DNA from: Ranitomeya imitator
Lineage: Eukaryota
Direction of reading: 5' to 3'
DNA length: 64,000 nucleotides
Assembly: GCF_032444005.1 (NCBI RefSeq)
Contig: NC_091286.1
Coordinates: 521,420,001-521,484,000, forward strand
The notes beneath the pieces are model-generated. The model was given only the letters and a program-made list of their open reading frames with translations, was not told where the DNA came from and ran no database searches. Shown one piece after another: positions 48,701-59,823 of this stretch; the first letter of the stretch is position 1, and the number at the start of each line of letters is the position of its first letter. The position numbers were made by a program, and so were the translations under genes.

Positions 48701-49940
48701 AATCTAATACTGGATTATGAACTTGTAGCCATGGCAACCCCAACACGACCACATCATGCAGATTATGCAACACCAGAAAGCGAATAACCTCCTGATGTGC
48801 AGGAGCCATGCACATGGTCAGCTGGGTCCAATACTGAGGCTTATTCTTGGCCAAAGGCGAAGCATCAATTCCTCTCAATGGAATAGGACACTGCAAGGGC
48901 TCCAAGAAAAAGCCACAATGCCTAGCATACTCCAAGTCCATCAAATTCAGGGCAGCGCCTGAATCCACAAATGCCATGACAGAATACGATGACAAAGAGC
49001 AGATCAAGGTAATGGACAGAAGAAATTTTGACTGTACCGTACCAATGGTGGCAGACCTAGCGAACTGCTTAGTGCGCTTAGGACAATCAGAGATAGCATG
49101 AGTGGAATCACCACAGTAGAAACACAGCCCATTCAGACATCTGTGTTCTTGCCGTTCAACTCTGTTCAAAGTCCTATCGCACTGCATAGGCTCAGGTTTA
49201 AGCTCAGGTAATACCGCCAAATGGTGCACAGATTTACGCTCACGCAAGCATCGACCGATCTGAATGGCCAAAGACATAGACTCATTCAGACCAGCAGGCA
49301 TAGGAAATCCCACCATGACATCTTTAATGGCTTCAGAGAGACCCTTTCTGAAAATAGCTGCGAGCGCACCTTCATTCCATTGAGTGAGTACGGACCACTT
49401 TCTAAATTTCTGACAATATACCTCTATCTCATCCTGACCCTGACACAGAGCCAGCAAATTTTTCTCTGCCTGATCCACTGAATTAGGTTCATCGTACAGC
49501 AATCCGAGAGCCAGGAAAAACGCATCGATATGACTTAATGCAGGATCTCCTGACGCAAGAGAAAATGCCCAGTCCTGAGGGTCGCCACGTAAAAAAGAAA
49601 TAATGATCCTAACTTGTTGAACTGGGTCACCAGAGGAGCGAGGTTTCAAAGCTAGAAATAGTTTACAATTATTTTTGAAACTCAGAAATTTAGTTCTATC
49701 TCCAAAAAACAAATCAGGAATAGGAATTCTCGGTTCTAACATAGAATTCTGAACCACAAAGTCTTGAATATTTTGTACTCTTGCCGTGAGCTGATCCACA
49801 CATGAAGACAGACCTTTAATGTCCATCGCTACACCTGTGTCCTGAACCACCCAAATGTCTAGGGGAAAAAAAAGGCAAAACACAGTGCAGAGAAAAAAAA
49901 ATGGTCTCAGAACTTCTTTTTTCCCTCTATTGAGAATCAT
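45783..49940 (-). CDS. Single gag-pol polyprotein, 1385 aa: gag, CCHC knuckle, protease, RT, RNase H (internal deletion), integrase, chromodomain
   Basis: CFYCGDSTHAISDC; AFVDSGA; YLDDILIF; EVDASEIGAGAVL; H..GHPG..C..C; SMDFI..VVCD; QTNGQTERTNQ; KFKPRFIGPY; YIVEKILDS..QYLVKWKGY..DNSW. The stop codon lies 8 nt inside the 3' LTR. Confidence 0.95.
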   Translation of the reverse strand: MILNRGKKEVLRPFFFLCTVFCLFFPLDIWVVQDTGVAMDIKGLSSCVDQLTARVQNIQDFVVQNSMLEPRIPIPDLFFGDRTKFLSFKNNCKLFLALKPRSSGDPVQQVRIIISFLRGDPQDWAFSLASGDPALSHIDAFFLALGLLYDEPNSVDQAEKNLLALCQGQDEIEVYCQKFRKWSVLTQWNEGALAAIFRKGLSEAIKDVMVGFPMPAGLNESMSLAIQIGRCLRERKSVHHLAVLPELKPEPMQCDRTLNRVERQEHRCLNGLCFYCGDSTHAISDCPKRTKQFARSATIGTVQSKFLLSITLICSLSSYSVMAFVDSGAALNLMDLEYARHCGFFLEPLQCPIPLRGIDASPLAKNKPQYWTQLTMCMAPAHQEVIRFLVLHNLHDVVVLGLPWLQVHNPVLDWKSMSVSSWGCQGVHGDVPFLTILSSTPSEVPEFLSDYRDVFDEPKSDTLPPHRDCDCAIDLIPGSKLPKGRLFNLSVPEHAAMRSYVKESLEKGHIHPSSSPLGAGFFFVAKKDGSLRPCIDYRLLNKITVKFQYPLPLLSDLFARIKGASWFTKIDLRGAYNLVRIKRGDEWKTAFNTPEGHFEYLVMPFGLANAPSVFQSFMHDIFREYLDKFLIVYLDDILIFSDDWESHVKQVRTVFQVLRANSLFVKGSKCLFGVQKVSFLGFIFSPSTIKMDPVKVQAIHDWTQPTSLKSLQKFLGFANFYRRFICNFSSIAKPLTDLTKKGADVVNWSSAAVEAFQELKRCFSSAPVLCQPDVSLPFQVEVDASEIGAGAVLSQRSSDCSVMKPCAFFSRKFSPAEQNYDVGNREFLAMKWAFEEWRHWLEGAKHLDLTYLESAKRLNPRQAHWSLFFARFDFVISCLPGSKNVKANALSRSFVPDSPGLSEPAGILKEGVIVSAISPDLRRVLQKFQANKPDRCPVEKLFVPDRWTNKVISEVHCSVLAGHPGIFGTRELVVRSFWWPSLSRDVRYFVQSCGICARAKPCCSRASGLLLPLPVPKRPWTHISMDFISDLPVSQKMSVIWVVCDRFSKMVHLVPLSKLPSSSDLVPLFFQHVVRLHGIPENIVSDRGSQFVSRFWRAFCGRMGIDLSFSSAFHPQTNGQTERTNQTLETYLRCFVSADQDDWVSFLPLAEFTLNNRASSATLVSPFFCNSGFHPRFSSGQVESSDCPGVDTVVDRLQQIWTHVVDNLTLSQEKAQRFTNRRRCVGPRLRVGDLVWLSSRHIPMKVSSPKFKPRFIGPYRISEVPNPVSFRLTLPDSFSIHNVFHRSLLRRYVAPMVPSVDPPAPVLVEGELEYIVEKILDSCVSRRKLQYLVKWKGYAQEDNSWVFASDVHAPDLVRAFHMAHPGCPGGSGEGSVTPPQGGVLL
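45791..45803 (-). promoter_or_regulatory. Polypurine tract
   Basis: Minus strand reads AAGGGGGGGTAC directly before the TGTTG start of the 3' LTR. Confidence 0.85.
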
Positions 49941-49962
49941 TAGTACTTTGGGACTCCAGTAC
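49941..49962 (-). promoter_or_regulatory. Primer-binding region, non-tRNA and complementary to the LTR
   Basis: Minus strand reads GTACTGGAGTCCCAAAGTACTA directly after the 5' LTR; it does not start with TGG. Confidence 0.65.
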
Positions 49963-52742
49963 TGTTATGTTAAGGTAATTCAGTACCACAATGGACATAG
50001 AGGTCAGAGCACATACAGTGACCTGACAATAACCCATAAACATTGAACGAGCTCTGAGACGTGGGAACTCTGCTGACCGCAATCCCTAATCCTCTCCAAC
50101 CACACTAGAGGCAGCCGTGGATTGCGCCTAACACTCCTTATGCAACTCGGCACAGCCTGAGAAACTAGCTAGCCTGAAGATAGAAAATAAGCCTGCCTTG
50201 CCTCAGAGAAATACCCCAAAGGAAAAGGCAGCCCCCACATATAATGACTGTGAGTTAAGATGAAAAGACAAACGTAGAGATGAAATAGATTTAGCAAAGT
50301 GAGGCCCGACTTTCTGAACAGAGCGAGGATAGGAAAGGTAACTTTGCGGTCAACACAAAACCCTACAAAAACCACGCAAAGGGGGCAAAAAAACCCTCCG
50401 TACCGAACTAACGGCACAGAGGTACACCCTCTGCGTCCCAGAGCTTCCGGCAAGCAGGAAAAAACAAATAGACAAGCTGGACAGAAAAAAACAGCAAACA
50501 AAATAGCAAAGCAGAACTTAGCTATGCAGAGCAGCAGGCCACGGGAACGATCCAGGAGGAAACAGGTCCAATACTAGAACATTGACAGGAGGCCAGGATC
50601 AAAGCACTAGGTGGAGTTAAATAGAGCAGCACCTAACGACTTCACCACATCACCTGAGGAAGGAAACTCAGAAGCCGCAGTACCACTTTCCTCCACCAAC
50701 GGAAGCTCACAGAGAGAATCAGCCGAAGTACCACTTGTGACCACAGGAGGGAGCTCTGCCACAGAATTCACAACAGGTTCTGTTTTAAAAATATATCTGA
50801 GTGATTTATTTTGTCCCAACACATTTCAGTCCCTATAATTGCAATGACAATGCATTTTGCTATCACTTTAGGCCACCACTTGCCCTCATTGGCCAAATGA
50901 GGCAACAATAGTGTAGCTAATATATAACTTCATTATTTAAGGTAATAGGCTCTTTTGGAGAGGTGAATTTGCTAAGCTTTACATCAAGATTGATGCAGAG
51001 AAGCTGGTCAAGATGGATTTCAAGTAGAGCTGTGATGACCTGTAGAACTGGACATGCAGGACAGCATATGTGTCAGTAGAACCCAAAGTGCTGTATGATA
51101 TGGGGATAAAAGTAGAATATATGGATAGACACCTTTGAATACCAGAGTTTGATATGTGGACAGCACCTTGAGGCAGTGGAAGTGAGTCAGCAGCCAAGAA
51201 CAATATTATAGCAGAGCTGTTATTTTGGATAGCGCACAGCCAGAAACAAAAAATGTTAGTCAGCAGTAAGGCACCATGTGGCAGCACAGCTAAGGTTGCA
51301 GACATAACCTAAAACCAGCAAAGATGATCCGGCATTCAAGCACTCATATACAGCAGAGAGGTATTTGTCAACTTTGGATAAGTTGCAGCAGTATCAACCA
51401 GTAGCAAAGCGGAGTTGAAATTGGTGATTAGCTCAAGGAATGCACTTTGTAGCATGTATCCCTAATATCATAATCAGGTGGCAAAATACCTGCCTAAGTA
51501 GCCTAAAAAGCCCAAACAAGATTATGTCAGTAATGCGCACAGGTTTATCACAGTATCCCAATGCAATGACGAGCAAAGAGTTGGCCATGGCATTTGGAAG
51601 ATGTACGGACAGGCAGTGGAGCGACGAAAGGTGGGTAACAATGATTTACAGTAATAGCAATCATATTATTCCAAAAAGCAGTCAAGTTTCTTTGGTTCCT
51701 TTTTATTCTGCTGTGGCACAAAACCACCAATTTGGTCTTTTCATGTATATCCGTAAAATATCTGAAAAGCTTTTTTGAAATTTATTTTTTTCCCCTGTCA
51801 CATATATAATTTCTAGCAGGCATACAATTTGAAATATTTTTAATTTTAAGGTGTGAAACTTGCAAAACTGTTGTAACAGTTCTTAAAAAGATAATAATTT
51901 TTTACATAAAAATGTATTGTTCACATTCCCATTAAATCTTGCAGTGAAAAGCTATTATGGTATTTCATCTAAACTCTACCTAATAGTTTAACCTGCCATT
52001 ATGTCAAGGTCAATGGGGTCATAAATACAAAGAGATGAATTACTGTATTATTGATATTCACATAAAATATCAATCCGTGAAATAAATGTGCTGTACATCA
52101 AAAGAAACCTTCCCTATGGAAACCAACCTGCGTGTTCCCGTCTGGAGCTGTATTAATGAAACAGATGTTGCCGGACAGCTGTAATAATGTTCCAAAACAT
52201 GAAACAGGCCTTTTATTTTATTATAATATAAAATAAAATAGAAAAGCGATTACACATGAGGTAGTTCTTACAATAATGTAGACGGCAGCTTTATCTGGCT
52301 ATTTTTATCTCATCATTTTCTCGGAGTTAGATAAACATTTAAGGAGAATGTACTATGGTGTATGTAATTAAAATGAAAAATGTAGCTGTTCTGCACATAG
52401 TAAAATAACTCAAAGTTAAATAATACATGTTGTTAGTGTAAAAATTTAGAGGGGTTTTCCCACTTTTAAAAAATAGACTGAAAATAACAAATCACATGTA
52501 AAAGAACAAAATCAGACAGTAAAATCTCATTTCACGCTTTTTCTTTAACCATGAGCTTATCATTCTCTTTATGTGCCTCCATTCTATTTTCTCTCTCTTT
52601 TTTTACTTTATTGACTATCCCACCTCCTCTGCATCTTCAGTTTTTTCTTTTCTTTCATCCGCCCCTCTTCAGGGGTGTTTCTCTCAATTATTGCCACCCC
52701 TTTACCCTTATACCCTGACACTTGTCTGAAACACGTTACTAC

Positions 52743-53517
52743 TAGTGTTGAGCGATACCGTCCGATACTTGAAAGTATCGGTATCGGATAGTATCGGCCG
52801 ATACCCGAAAAATATCGGATATCGCCGATACCGATATCCGATACCAATACAAGTCAATGGGACATCAAGTATCGGAATGTATCCTCATGGATCCCAGGGT
52901 CTGAAGGAGAGGAAACTCTCCTTCAGGCCCTGGGATCCATATTAAAGTGTAAAATAGAGAATTAAAATAAAAAATATTGTTATATTCACCTCTCCGGCGG
53001 CCCCTGGACATCAGCGGGAGGATCCGGCGTCCGGCACGGCTTCTTTCTTCAAAATGCGCGCCTTCAGGACCTGTGGAATGACGTCCCGGCTTCTGATTGG
53101 TCGCGTGCCGCCCATGTGACCGCCACGCGACCAATCAGAAGCCGCGACGTCATTCCTCAGGTCCTAAAAGGCGCTTATTCTAGGACTTTAGCTGAGGAAT
53201 GACGTCGCGGCTTCTGATTGGTCGCGTGGCGGTCACATGGGCGGCACGCGACCAATCAGAAGCCGGGACGTCATACCACAGGTCCTGAAGGCGCGCATTT
53301 TGAAGAAAGAAGCCGTGCCGGACGCCGGATCCTCCCGCTGATGTCCAGGGGCCGCCGGAGAGGTGAATATAACAATATTTTTTATTTTAATTCTTTATTT
53401 TACACTTCCGATACCGATACCCGATATCACAAAAATATCGGATCTCGGTATCGGAATTCCGATACCGCAAGTATCGGCCGATACCCGATACTTGCGGTAT
53501 CGGAATGCTCAACACTA
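52743..53517. mobile_element. hAT-type foldback MITE (775 bp)
   Basis: TAGTGTTGAGC ... GCTCAACACTA; 8-bp TSD GTTACTAC; long internal inverted repeat. Confidence 0.9.
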
Positions 53518-53525
53518 GTTACTAC

Positions 53526-54999
53526 TAGTGATGAGCGAGCATGCTCGTTACTCAAGTTTCTCCAAGCTTGCTTGGGTGGTCTCTGAGGATTTGGGAGATT
53601 TAGTTTATGTCGACGCAGCTACATGATTTGTGGCTGCTAGACAGCTTGAATACATGTGGGGATTTACTAATGATTCGCCCAGCGGGCTAGGGGTACTCGG
53701 TACCGGGTCCGGTACTTCACAGGGGGATGTCATGGTGGCTGTGACCCGGTCTGTGGCCCTGGGTGCCCATGTAAAAGGGAAAGGTCTTTAAAGGGAATGT
53801 TTTTGACGCCATCTGTGGTATTCGGTCAGGGTGACCGATGCTGCTTTAAGGGGTCCGCTGGGGTGATGTTATGGCAGCTAGATGGTATACCTTCCCACAG
53901 GTGAAGTATGTCCCCAGGGCTTCCCGGTGTGTAGATGGTGGATGGTGAGAGGCGCAGAGAAGAACGAGGACACAAGGTTGCAGTCTCTTTACCTTTACTG
54001 AAGACTTCAGCATCCACAGTCCAGAGCACCAGACCACAGGGCAGGCAGAGTAGAGCTGGTTTGGAGGCAAGTCCAGAGTCCCCTTATCCAGGTGGAAATT
54101 AATAGCCTTCCCTTGCATTGCAGTGTTGTAGTTCCTTACTGCCTAAGGCTTCACATAAGGTCCTCACAACTGTTGTAGATGTTATGTCTCTCTGTTCCCC
54201 GGATAGGATAGGACAAACCCGTATGACTGGTGGCTTGAGGCGGTTTATAGGGACTCTATCATGCCCCAGCCTCTAAGGGGTGCCACCGTGCCTCCTGGGT
54301 GTATGCGAACAGGTAACATGGAAATAGTTGTCCTGCCGGTCTCTGGAGCAAGGCATAAAGGTCGTTACTCCCTCGGTGTTCTGGCTACCGGGCTTCTGCG
54401 TCTCAGAAGGAGGCAGCCTGTGTAGGGCTGGTCCCTTTCTGATATACACTCCTTTGCTACGACTTCTTTGCATGCTCGCTGCAATACACTTCTGCCTTCA
54501 ATGTCTCCTTCTAAGAACTGCAGCTCTGAGGGAATGCACAGCTCTGTATCCTTCTTCTTTGCTCTCTGACAGGATCCCACCCCTGCCAGGGACCAACCAA
54601 CTGAGAGGAGCTCAGCCAGCAACTCAATAACTTTCCCTACAGGCAACCAGTTTTACCTAAGTGTGGGGAGTGACCTAATAAATAGGAGCAAGGCTCCCCC
54701 TGGTGGCCTGGAGTGTGAAATGTGTTGCATGTTTGTGGTACCTGGATGCAGCTATCCTTTATTGCCTCCAAATGTAGCATCACTCTCCCCGAGAGGAAAG
54801 CAATACCACTGCGACAACCAGGACCCTGGGGCGCCGCACTAACAAACAGGCAATCCCCACATGTATTCAATCTGTCTCGTAGCCGCAAATCATGCAGCTC
54901 AGTTGGCATAAACAAAATCTACGAGCACGCCAAAATACTCGGTCACCACCTGAGCATGCTCGGAGAAACTCGAGTAATGAGCATACTCGCTCATCACTA
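53526..54999. mobile_element. Second hAT-type MITE, containing a solo LTR
   Basis: TAGTGATGAGCGAG ... CTCGCTCATCACTA; TSD GTTACTAC at 53518-25 and 55000-07. Confidence 0.88.
53671..54838. mobile_element. Solo LTR (~1.17 kb) with 4-bp TSD CTAA
   Basis: TGATTCGCCC ... GGGGCGCCGCA. The host palindrome (GAATACATGTGGGGATT / AATCCCCACATGTATTC) closes around it. Confidence 0.75.
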
Positions 55000-55649
55000 G
55001 TTACTACTAATAAAAACCTTATCTGAAGCTCCAAGGCTCCTCATTTCCCACAGCGCAGCCTGCCTAACATGGTTCTCTCTATTCTGGTAAAAATTGAGAT
55101 AGTACTCGCTCTCATTGGACCCAGATTCCGTGCTCCTATTTCATTGTTTTAGCTGCAACAGTAGCATCATGTCAACATCGCACATTATCATTGCAGCTAA
55201 TCACTGAGATCAGTGACTCTGCTGATCAGCCCAACTGTTGAGCTCCATGATTGGCTGCATTCATGATGAGCATTGATGCTTCAATGTGATGTCTCCATAG
55301 CAGTCAAAATACAGAGACAGGAATAGCTGCAGAGCGAGCCATTGCTGGATCCAAGTGAATATTATCTGATTTTATTATTTTACATATTTGCTATTGTTTA
55401 GAGATCACTGTTAGAACAGGGGAAAATCCCATTAAAGTGTTATTTTGAGATGGTAGAATTAAAGTAGTTGTTCTCTTTGGACAACCCCTTAGCACAATAC
55501 TAAGTATATAAGTTACATTATAATGATCTAATAGTGGGGGATCTACCTCAATTAACTACTTTAACCCTGGGAATGTTTGAGACAAATCCTTGTGGCAAGG
55601 GAAAAATGTGGTCACAGTGAACTATTTATGTAATAAGCTGGGCCCTTAA

Positions 55650-56017
55650 AGGGATTGTATGGCATTAGGCTACAAGCCTCTTTATGACTGCAGATTTGTA
55701 AATTCTCCCATCGCATGCACTGCGTGCTGTTAGGATTCTCCAGTGCTGGCACCAGGAAGCAGCAGTCATGAGGCCGCAAGTATATGATTTGCAAACTTCT
55801 GGCTACATTCTGACTAGACTGTATTTGGCCTCGCTCAATACACTTGCACTGAGTGAGACTCAGACCATCTAGTCGGCATGTGACCACATGCATGCAAATC
55901 ACAGAGCTGCAGTTACACCAGCACAGGAGAATCTTTACAGCATGCAATGTGAGGATTCACAGGTTTGCCGTCACAAACAGCAACTGCAGACATATAGCCT
56001 AAGGCCGGACAACCGTT
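55650..56017. mobile_element. Kolobok/T2-type MITE
   Basis: TTAA-AGGGATTGT ... ACAACCGTT-TTAA; same family as 58349-60178. Confidence 0.65.
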
Positions 56018-57514
56018 TTAACTAGGAAGGACTTTATAGGTTATACGGTGTTCTGAGTAGGGGATTCTCCTCCTTTACTTCCATATGGCCTAAATAACAA
56101 GAAGAGATACAAAAGATTTGTTTTCATTTTCAGTAAAAAAAAAACCTGGCTGTCTATTGGAGGTGTCTTATACTGGGGATTTTACTAATTTATATGAGCG
56201 TAAAAAAAGTATTTGGAAAAAATAGGGTTTCCTATAGACAGGAGCAGAAATAAGTGCGGAAATGCAAGGCTCTTGAATTCAAACATAATTGACATACAGA
56301 TGAAAGAATAAAATGGCCTTTACGTATATTTCCTCTGAGAGATTCCTGTATTAACATTAAATGTCACTGAAGCTGGCAATCCCGTGCAGCAACGCAATAT
56401 TAGGGCGATAGCTGGAACTACGCACATAGGCAAACACTAATATGCTAATATGCATAATACCCTGACGTAAACAGGACTGAATTACGGCCATCTAACTCTG
56501 CATTATTTTTGTGCAGAGCAATTTTGCTAAGTAGGGCTTGTGATTTTACAAACTAAAGATCTAAAGGCCAAGTGCTTTATTTATGTCAGTAGAAACTCCT
56601 TACAGAATTAAATACTTGAAACCTGGAGCCATAACATTGCTTCAGTGTAACAGGCAAATGACAGGTGCTCTCCGTCGGTCATAGGCACTCTCTGTTGGTC
56701 ATAGGCCACCACAAGATATGGGGAAGATACAAAATAGAAGACGCCTTTTAATAAAGCACAAAGATGTAATAAATACACTCCTCTGACTCAGTGTGACGGC
56801 ACTGCAGTTCATTCTGCCTTTTACATGTTCATGAACATCATTATCAATCACATCCAACATGTGCAGTCATCTACACTAAATTATTCAATTTTCATTGTTC
56901 AGGACATTTTTTAATATCACACGGCAAAATGCATTGTGAAAGATCTTTATACAGTAAATTAGTAGACATTATTAGGCAGTCATTCTCCGTTAGCAAGCTT
57001 CACCAGTTGTTTAATGGTCCATTTGATCTTTTTCATACTAGTGTAATATAAGATACAGTTTAATTATGAGCTGATTGTAAATTATGGTATAGGACATCAT
57101 TGTATTTAATGGGCCTGGGTTTATATCATTATTGTGGTTGTTGGTAGTAAAAACATGGATAAAAATGCCAAAAATTATCACTTTTTTTTAGAAATCTTAC
57201 AAGATTTTATAAAATGAAAAAATATCATTTCTACAACAAAGTTAATGAAGACATTGCATGTACTCATCCCAAATGTTAACCTAAGTCATATAACTCATTT
57301 AGCTTATAAATGTTATACAATTTAGTTTTGAGATCAGTTTTAGATTTGCTTGCTGATATGAGTTTCCCAACCACTGTTCTCTGAAAGCTGGAACTTTATG
57401 AGGAGCAACTGCCATCTCTTAACTCAGTAGTCAAAAGTCTGTTTCCACCCACTACAAATTTACATGTGAATTGATTGAATTGAGAAAGAATGATGAGTCT
57501 TGGATGAGAAAGAT

Positions 57515-57987
57515 GCAGATTTCTCTGATAAGCTTCAGAACAGCTCTGTGACCATTCTTGACTGGCCCAGCCAGATCCCTGACGTAAACCCAATTGAGCA
57601 TCTCTGGAGAGACCTGAAAATGGTTGTACACCAATGTTCATCATCGAACTTGACGGAACAGGAGAGGATCTGCAAGGAAGAATGGCAGAGGATCCCCAAA
57701 TCCAGGTGTTAAAAACTAGTTGCATCATTCCCAAAAAGACACATGGCTGTCCTAGCTCAAAAGGGTGCTTCTTCTTATTACTGAGCAAAGGGTCTGAATA
57801 CTTACGACCATGTGATAGTTCAGTTTTTTTGCAAAACTTTCGACATTCCTGTTATTTTTAGTCAAGATGGGGTGCAGAGTGCACATTAATGAGAAAAAAA
57901 TTCTACTTTTTTTCAATTTGCCAAATGGCTGCAATGAAACAAAGAGTGGAAAAATTAGAGGGGTCTGAATACATTCCATATCCACTG
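57515..57987 (+). mobile_element. Tc1 3' fragment
   Basis: VTILDWPSQIPDVNPIEHLWRDLK..ICKEEWQRIPKSRC; ends TCCACTG-TA. Confidence 0.88.
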
Positions 57988-58356
57988 TATCTGGCTCAAA
58001 CAACTGCAGGTCTCCACCGACAAATTATCCTTGTGTCTACACCTTCCTTGATTGACAATGCTGGCTCCTGTTAAGTGTACCTTTATAAAAAGTAGGTGGA
58101 AAGATTAATTGAATCACTTGCCTTAGCTAAAGGTGCACTAAGCTCCTCATTAGCAGTTTTGAATACAGAAGGATTTCAAACATCTTGTATAAAACAATAA
58201 GGATAGAAATTTGGTTCAGTGTCATGTTCCTTACAATATGCTATGCTTATTTTGGACATTAATTGTGTGATGACAGAGTTCCTCAAATTTAGGAAAGATA
58301 GAAAAGGTTATACAAACATGTAGTAATTGCTAACAAAATCTAAGTTAAAGGCATTG

Positions 58357-59823
58357 TGTAACACCCCAGGATCCTGGTTGTTACAGTGGCATTGCTTTCC
58401 TCACAGGGAGAGTGATGTCATGCTTGGAAGCGAGGAAGGATTCCTTTTATCAGGTATTCACATACATGCAACACTGACTCCAGGCTTCCCTTTATATAAA
58501 TATATATTCTGGTGTGTGGGAGGACAGTCTGTCAGAGGGACAGAAAGGAGAGGAAGCAGACGGTGAGAGTCTGAGAGAGAAAGAGGGGGCCGTGCAGCCA
58601 TGAGAGGTGCTGCAGCTCCTAGAGGGAAAAAGAACAGAACAGTTTGTAGAGACATTAAAGGAGAAAAGAGTCACAGGTAAAGTGAAGAGCTGGTGAGAAG
58701 CTGTGACTAAGCTTCTTCCATGCTGAAGCGTATGAAACCGGTAGCCAGAAGACCGAGGTTGTGGGGGTAACTCTATGCTGGCGGACAGTAGATTGCAAGT
58801 TACCTCTCCATCATTGACACCCGAGGACACAGTAGCAGATAAAGCCCAGGTCGTGATAGAGATCCTGTAAGGGTATGTTTCCACGTGCAGTTAACGCTGC
58901 ATGTCTGACGCTGCATAGAGCCACAGCGTCAGACACGCAGCGTCCAGATGTTACAGCATAGTGGAGGGGATTGAATGAAATCCCGTCTCCACTATGCGTG
59001 GTAACACGCACGCGGCGGCCCTGCGACTCCGGACATGCTGTGCGTCTTTTCAGATCGCAGCATGTCCGTATATCTTGCGGCGACGCTGCGTCGCCGCAAG
59101 ATATAGCACAGGACCCTATGGTGGGGAGCGATGATCCCGGATGTGTGCTATGAACACATCCGGCATCATCGCGTCCCAGAAAGGGGGCGGGGCTTAGCGC
59201 AGAGCGGCAAAGCCGCTCCGGCGATACCGCCGGCCATCCTGAACGTGGACACGCAGCCTAAAGAGGCTCGAGCTGCCTGTTGTACGGGTAGTGTCCTGCC
59301 AACTAGGGCAACAGAGAGAAAATGTGAGGACCTTGTGTGAGGCCTAAGGCAGCAAGGGACTACAACTCAGCGCTAGAAGGAAGTCTTCCAACCCCACCTG
59401 GTAAAAAGGATTTCAGTTTTGCTTCCAAGCCGGCTGGACCATACCTGTACCTGTGATCTGTTACCCTGGACTGTGGCTACCTGAATTCATCAGTAAAGAG
59501 GTAAAGAGATTGCAACCCTGTGTCCTCTGTTTCTTTCCGGCACCATACCATCCTTGCCAAACACACCAGGAGCCGTGAGGACCCAACTTCACCTGTGGGA
59601 AGCCATACCATGCCTATTGCCATAAAATCACCCCAGAGGACCCCTTTAAGCACAGTCAGTCATTACTGACCTAATACCACAGGTGGCGTCACGAGCTTTT
59701 ATTATTTCACAAACCCCTTTAAAGACAGTCCCTTTTACTTGGGCGCCCAGGGCCACGGACTGACACATCCCTTTAAGTACTGGACCCGGTACCGAGTACC
59801 CCATGGCTCTGGCGGCCGTTCCA
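58357..59823. mobile_element. Solo LTR related to 53671-54838, opposite orientation
   Basis: TGTAACACCCCAGG...; shares CACTCTCCC..GGAAAGCAAT..CCACTG..ACAACCAGGA and GGGTACTCGGTACCGGGTCC in reverse complement. Flanks ATTG / ACTG. Confidence 0.75.
58871..59258. mobile_element. Harbinger-type MITE inside the solo LTR
   Basis: TAA-GGGTATGTTTCCACGT ... ACGTGGACACGCAGCC-TAA. Confidence 0.7.

Larger units (their letters stand above)
44981..50775 (-). mobile_element. Full-length chromodomain Ty3/Gypsy LTR retrotransposon (Tf1/sushi-like)
   Basis: LTRs at 44981-45790 and 49963-50775, differing by ~11 substitutions and 2 indels by eye (~98.5% identity). TSD GGTTCT on both sides; PPT and PBS present. 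Confidence 0.97.

Noticed and set aside
49941-49962. Conventional tRNA primer-binding site
   Set aside because: It lacks the TGG start complementary to the tRNA CCA end, and complementarity to the element's own LTR explains it better.
50950-51330. Degraded coding-like frame (RGEFAKLYIKIDAEKLVKMDFK*...)
   Set aside because: It has several stops and no recognisable motif, so it cannot be distinguished from chance without a homology search.
52131-52210. Possible minus-strand exon bounded by AAAAG| and CAG|GTTGGT
   Set aside because: The acceptor is weak, two frames are open, and I recognise no product.
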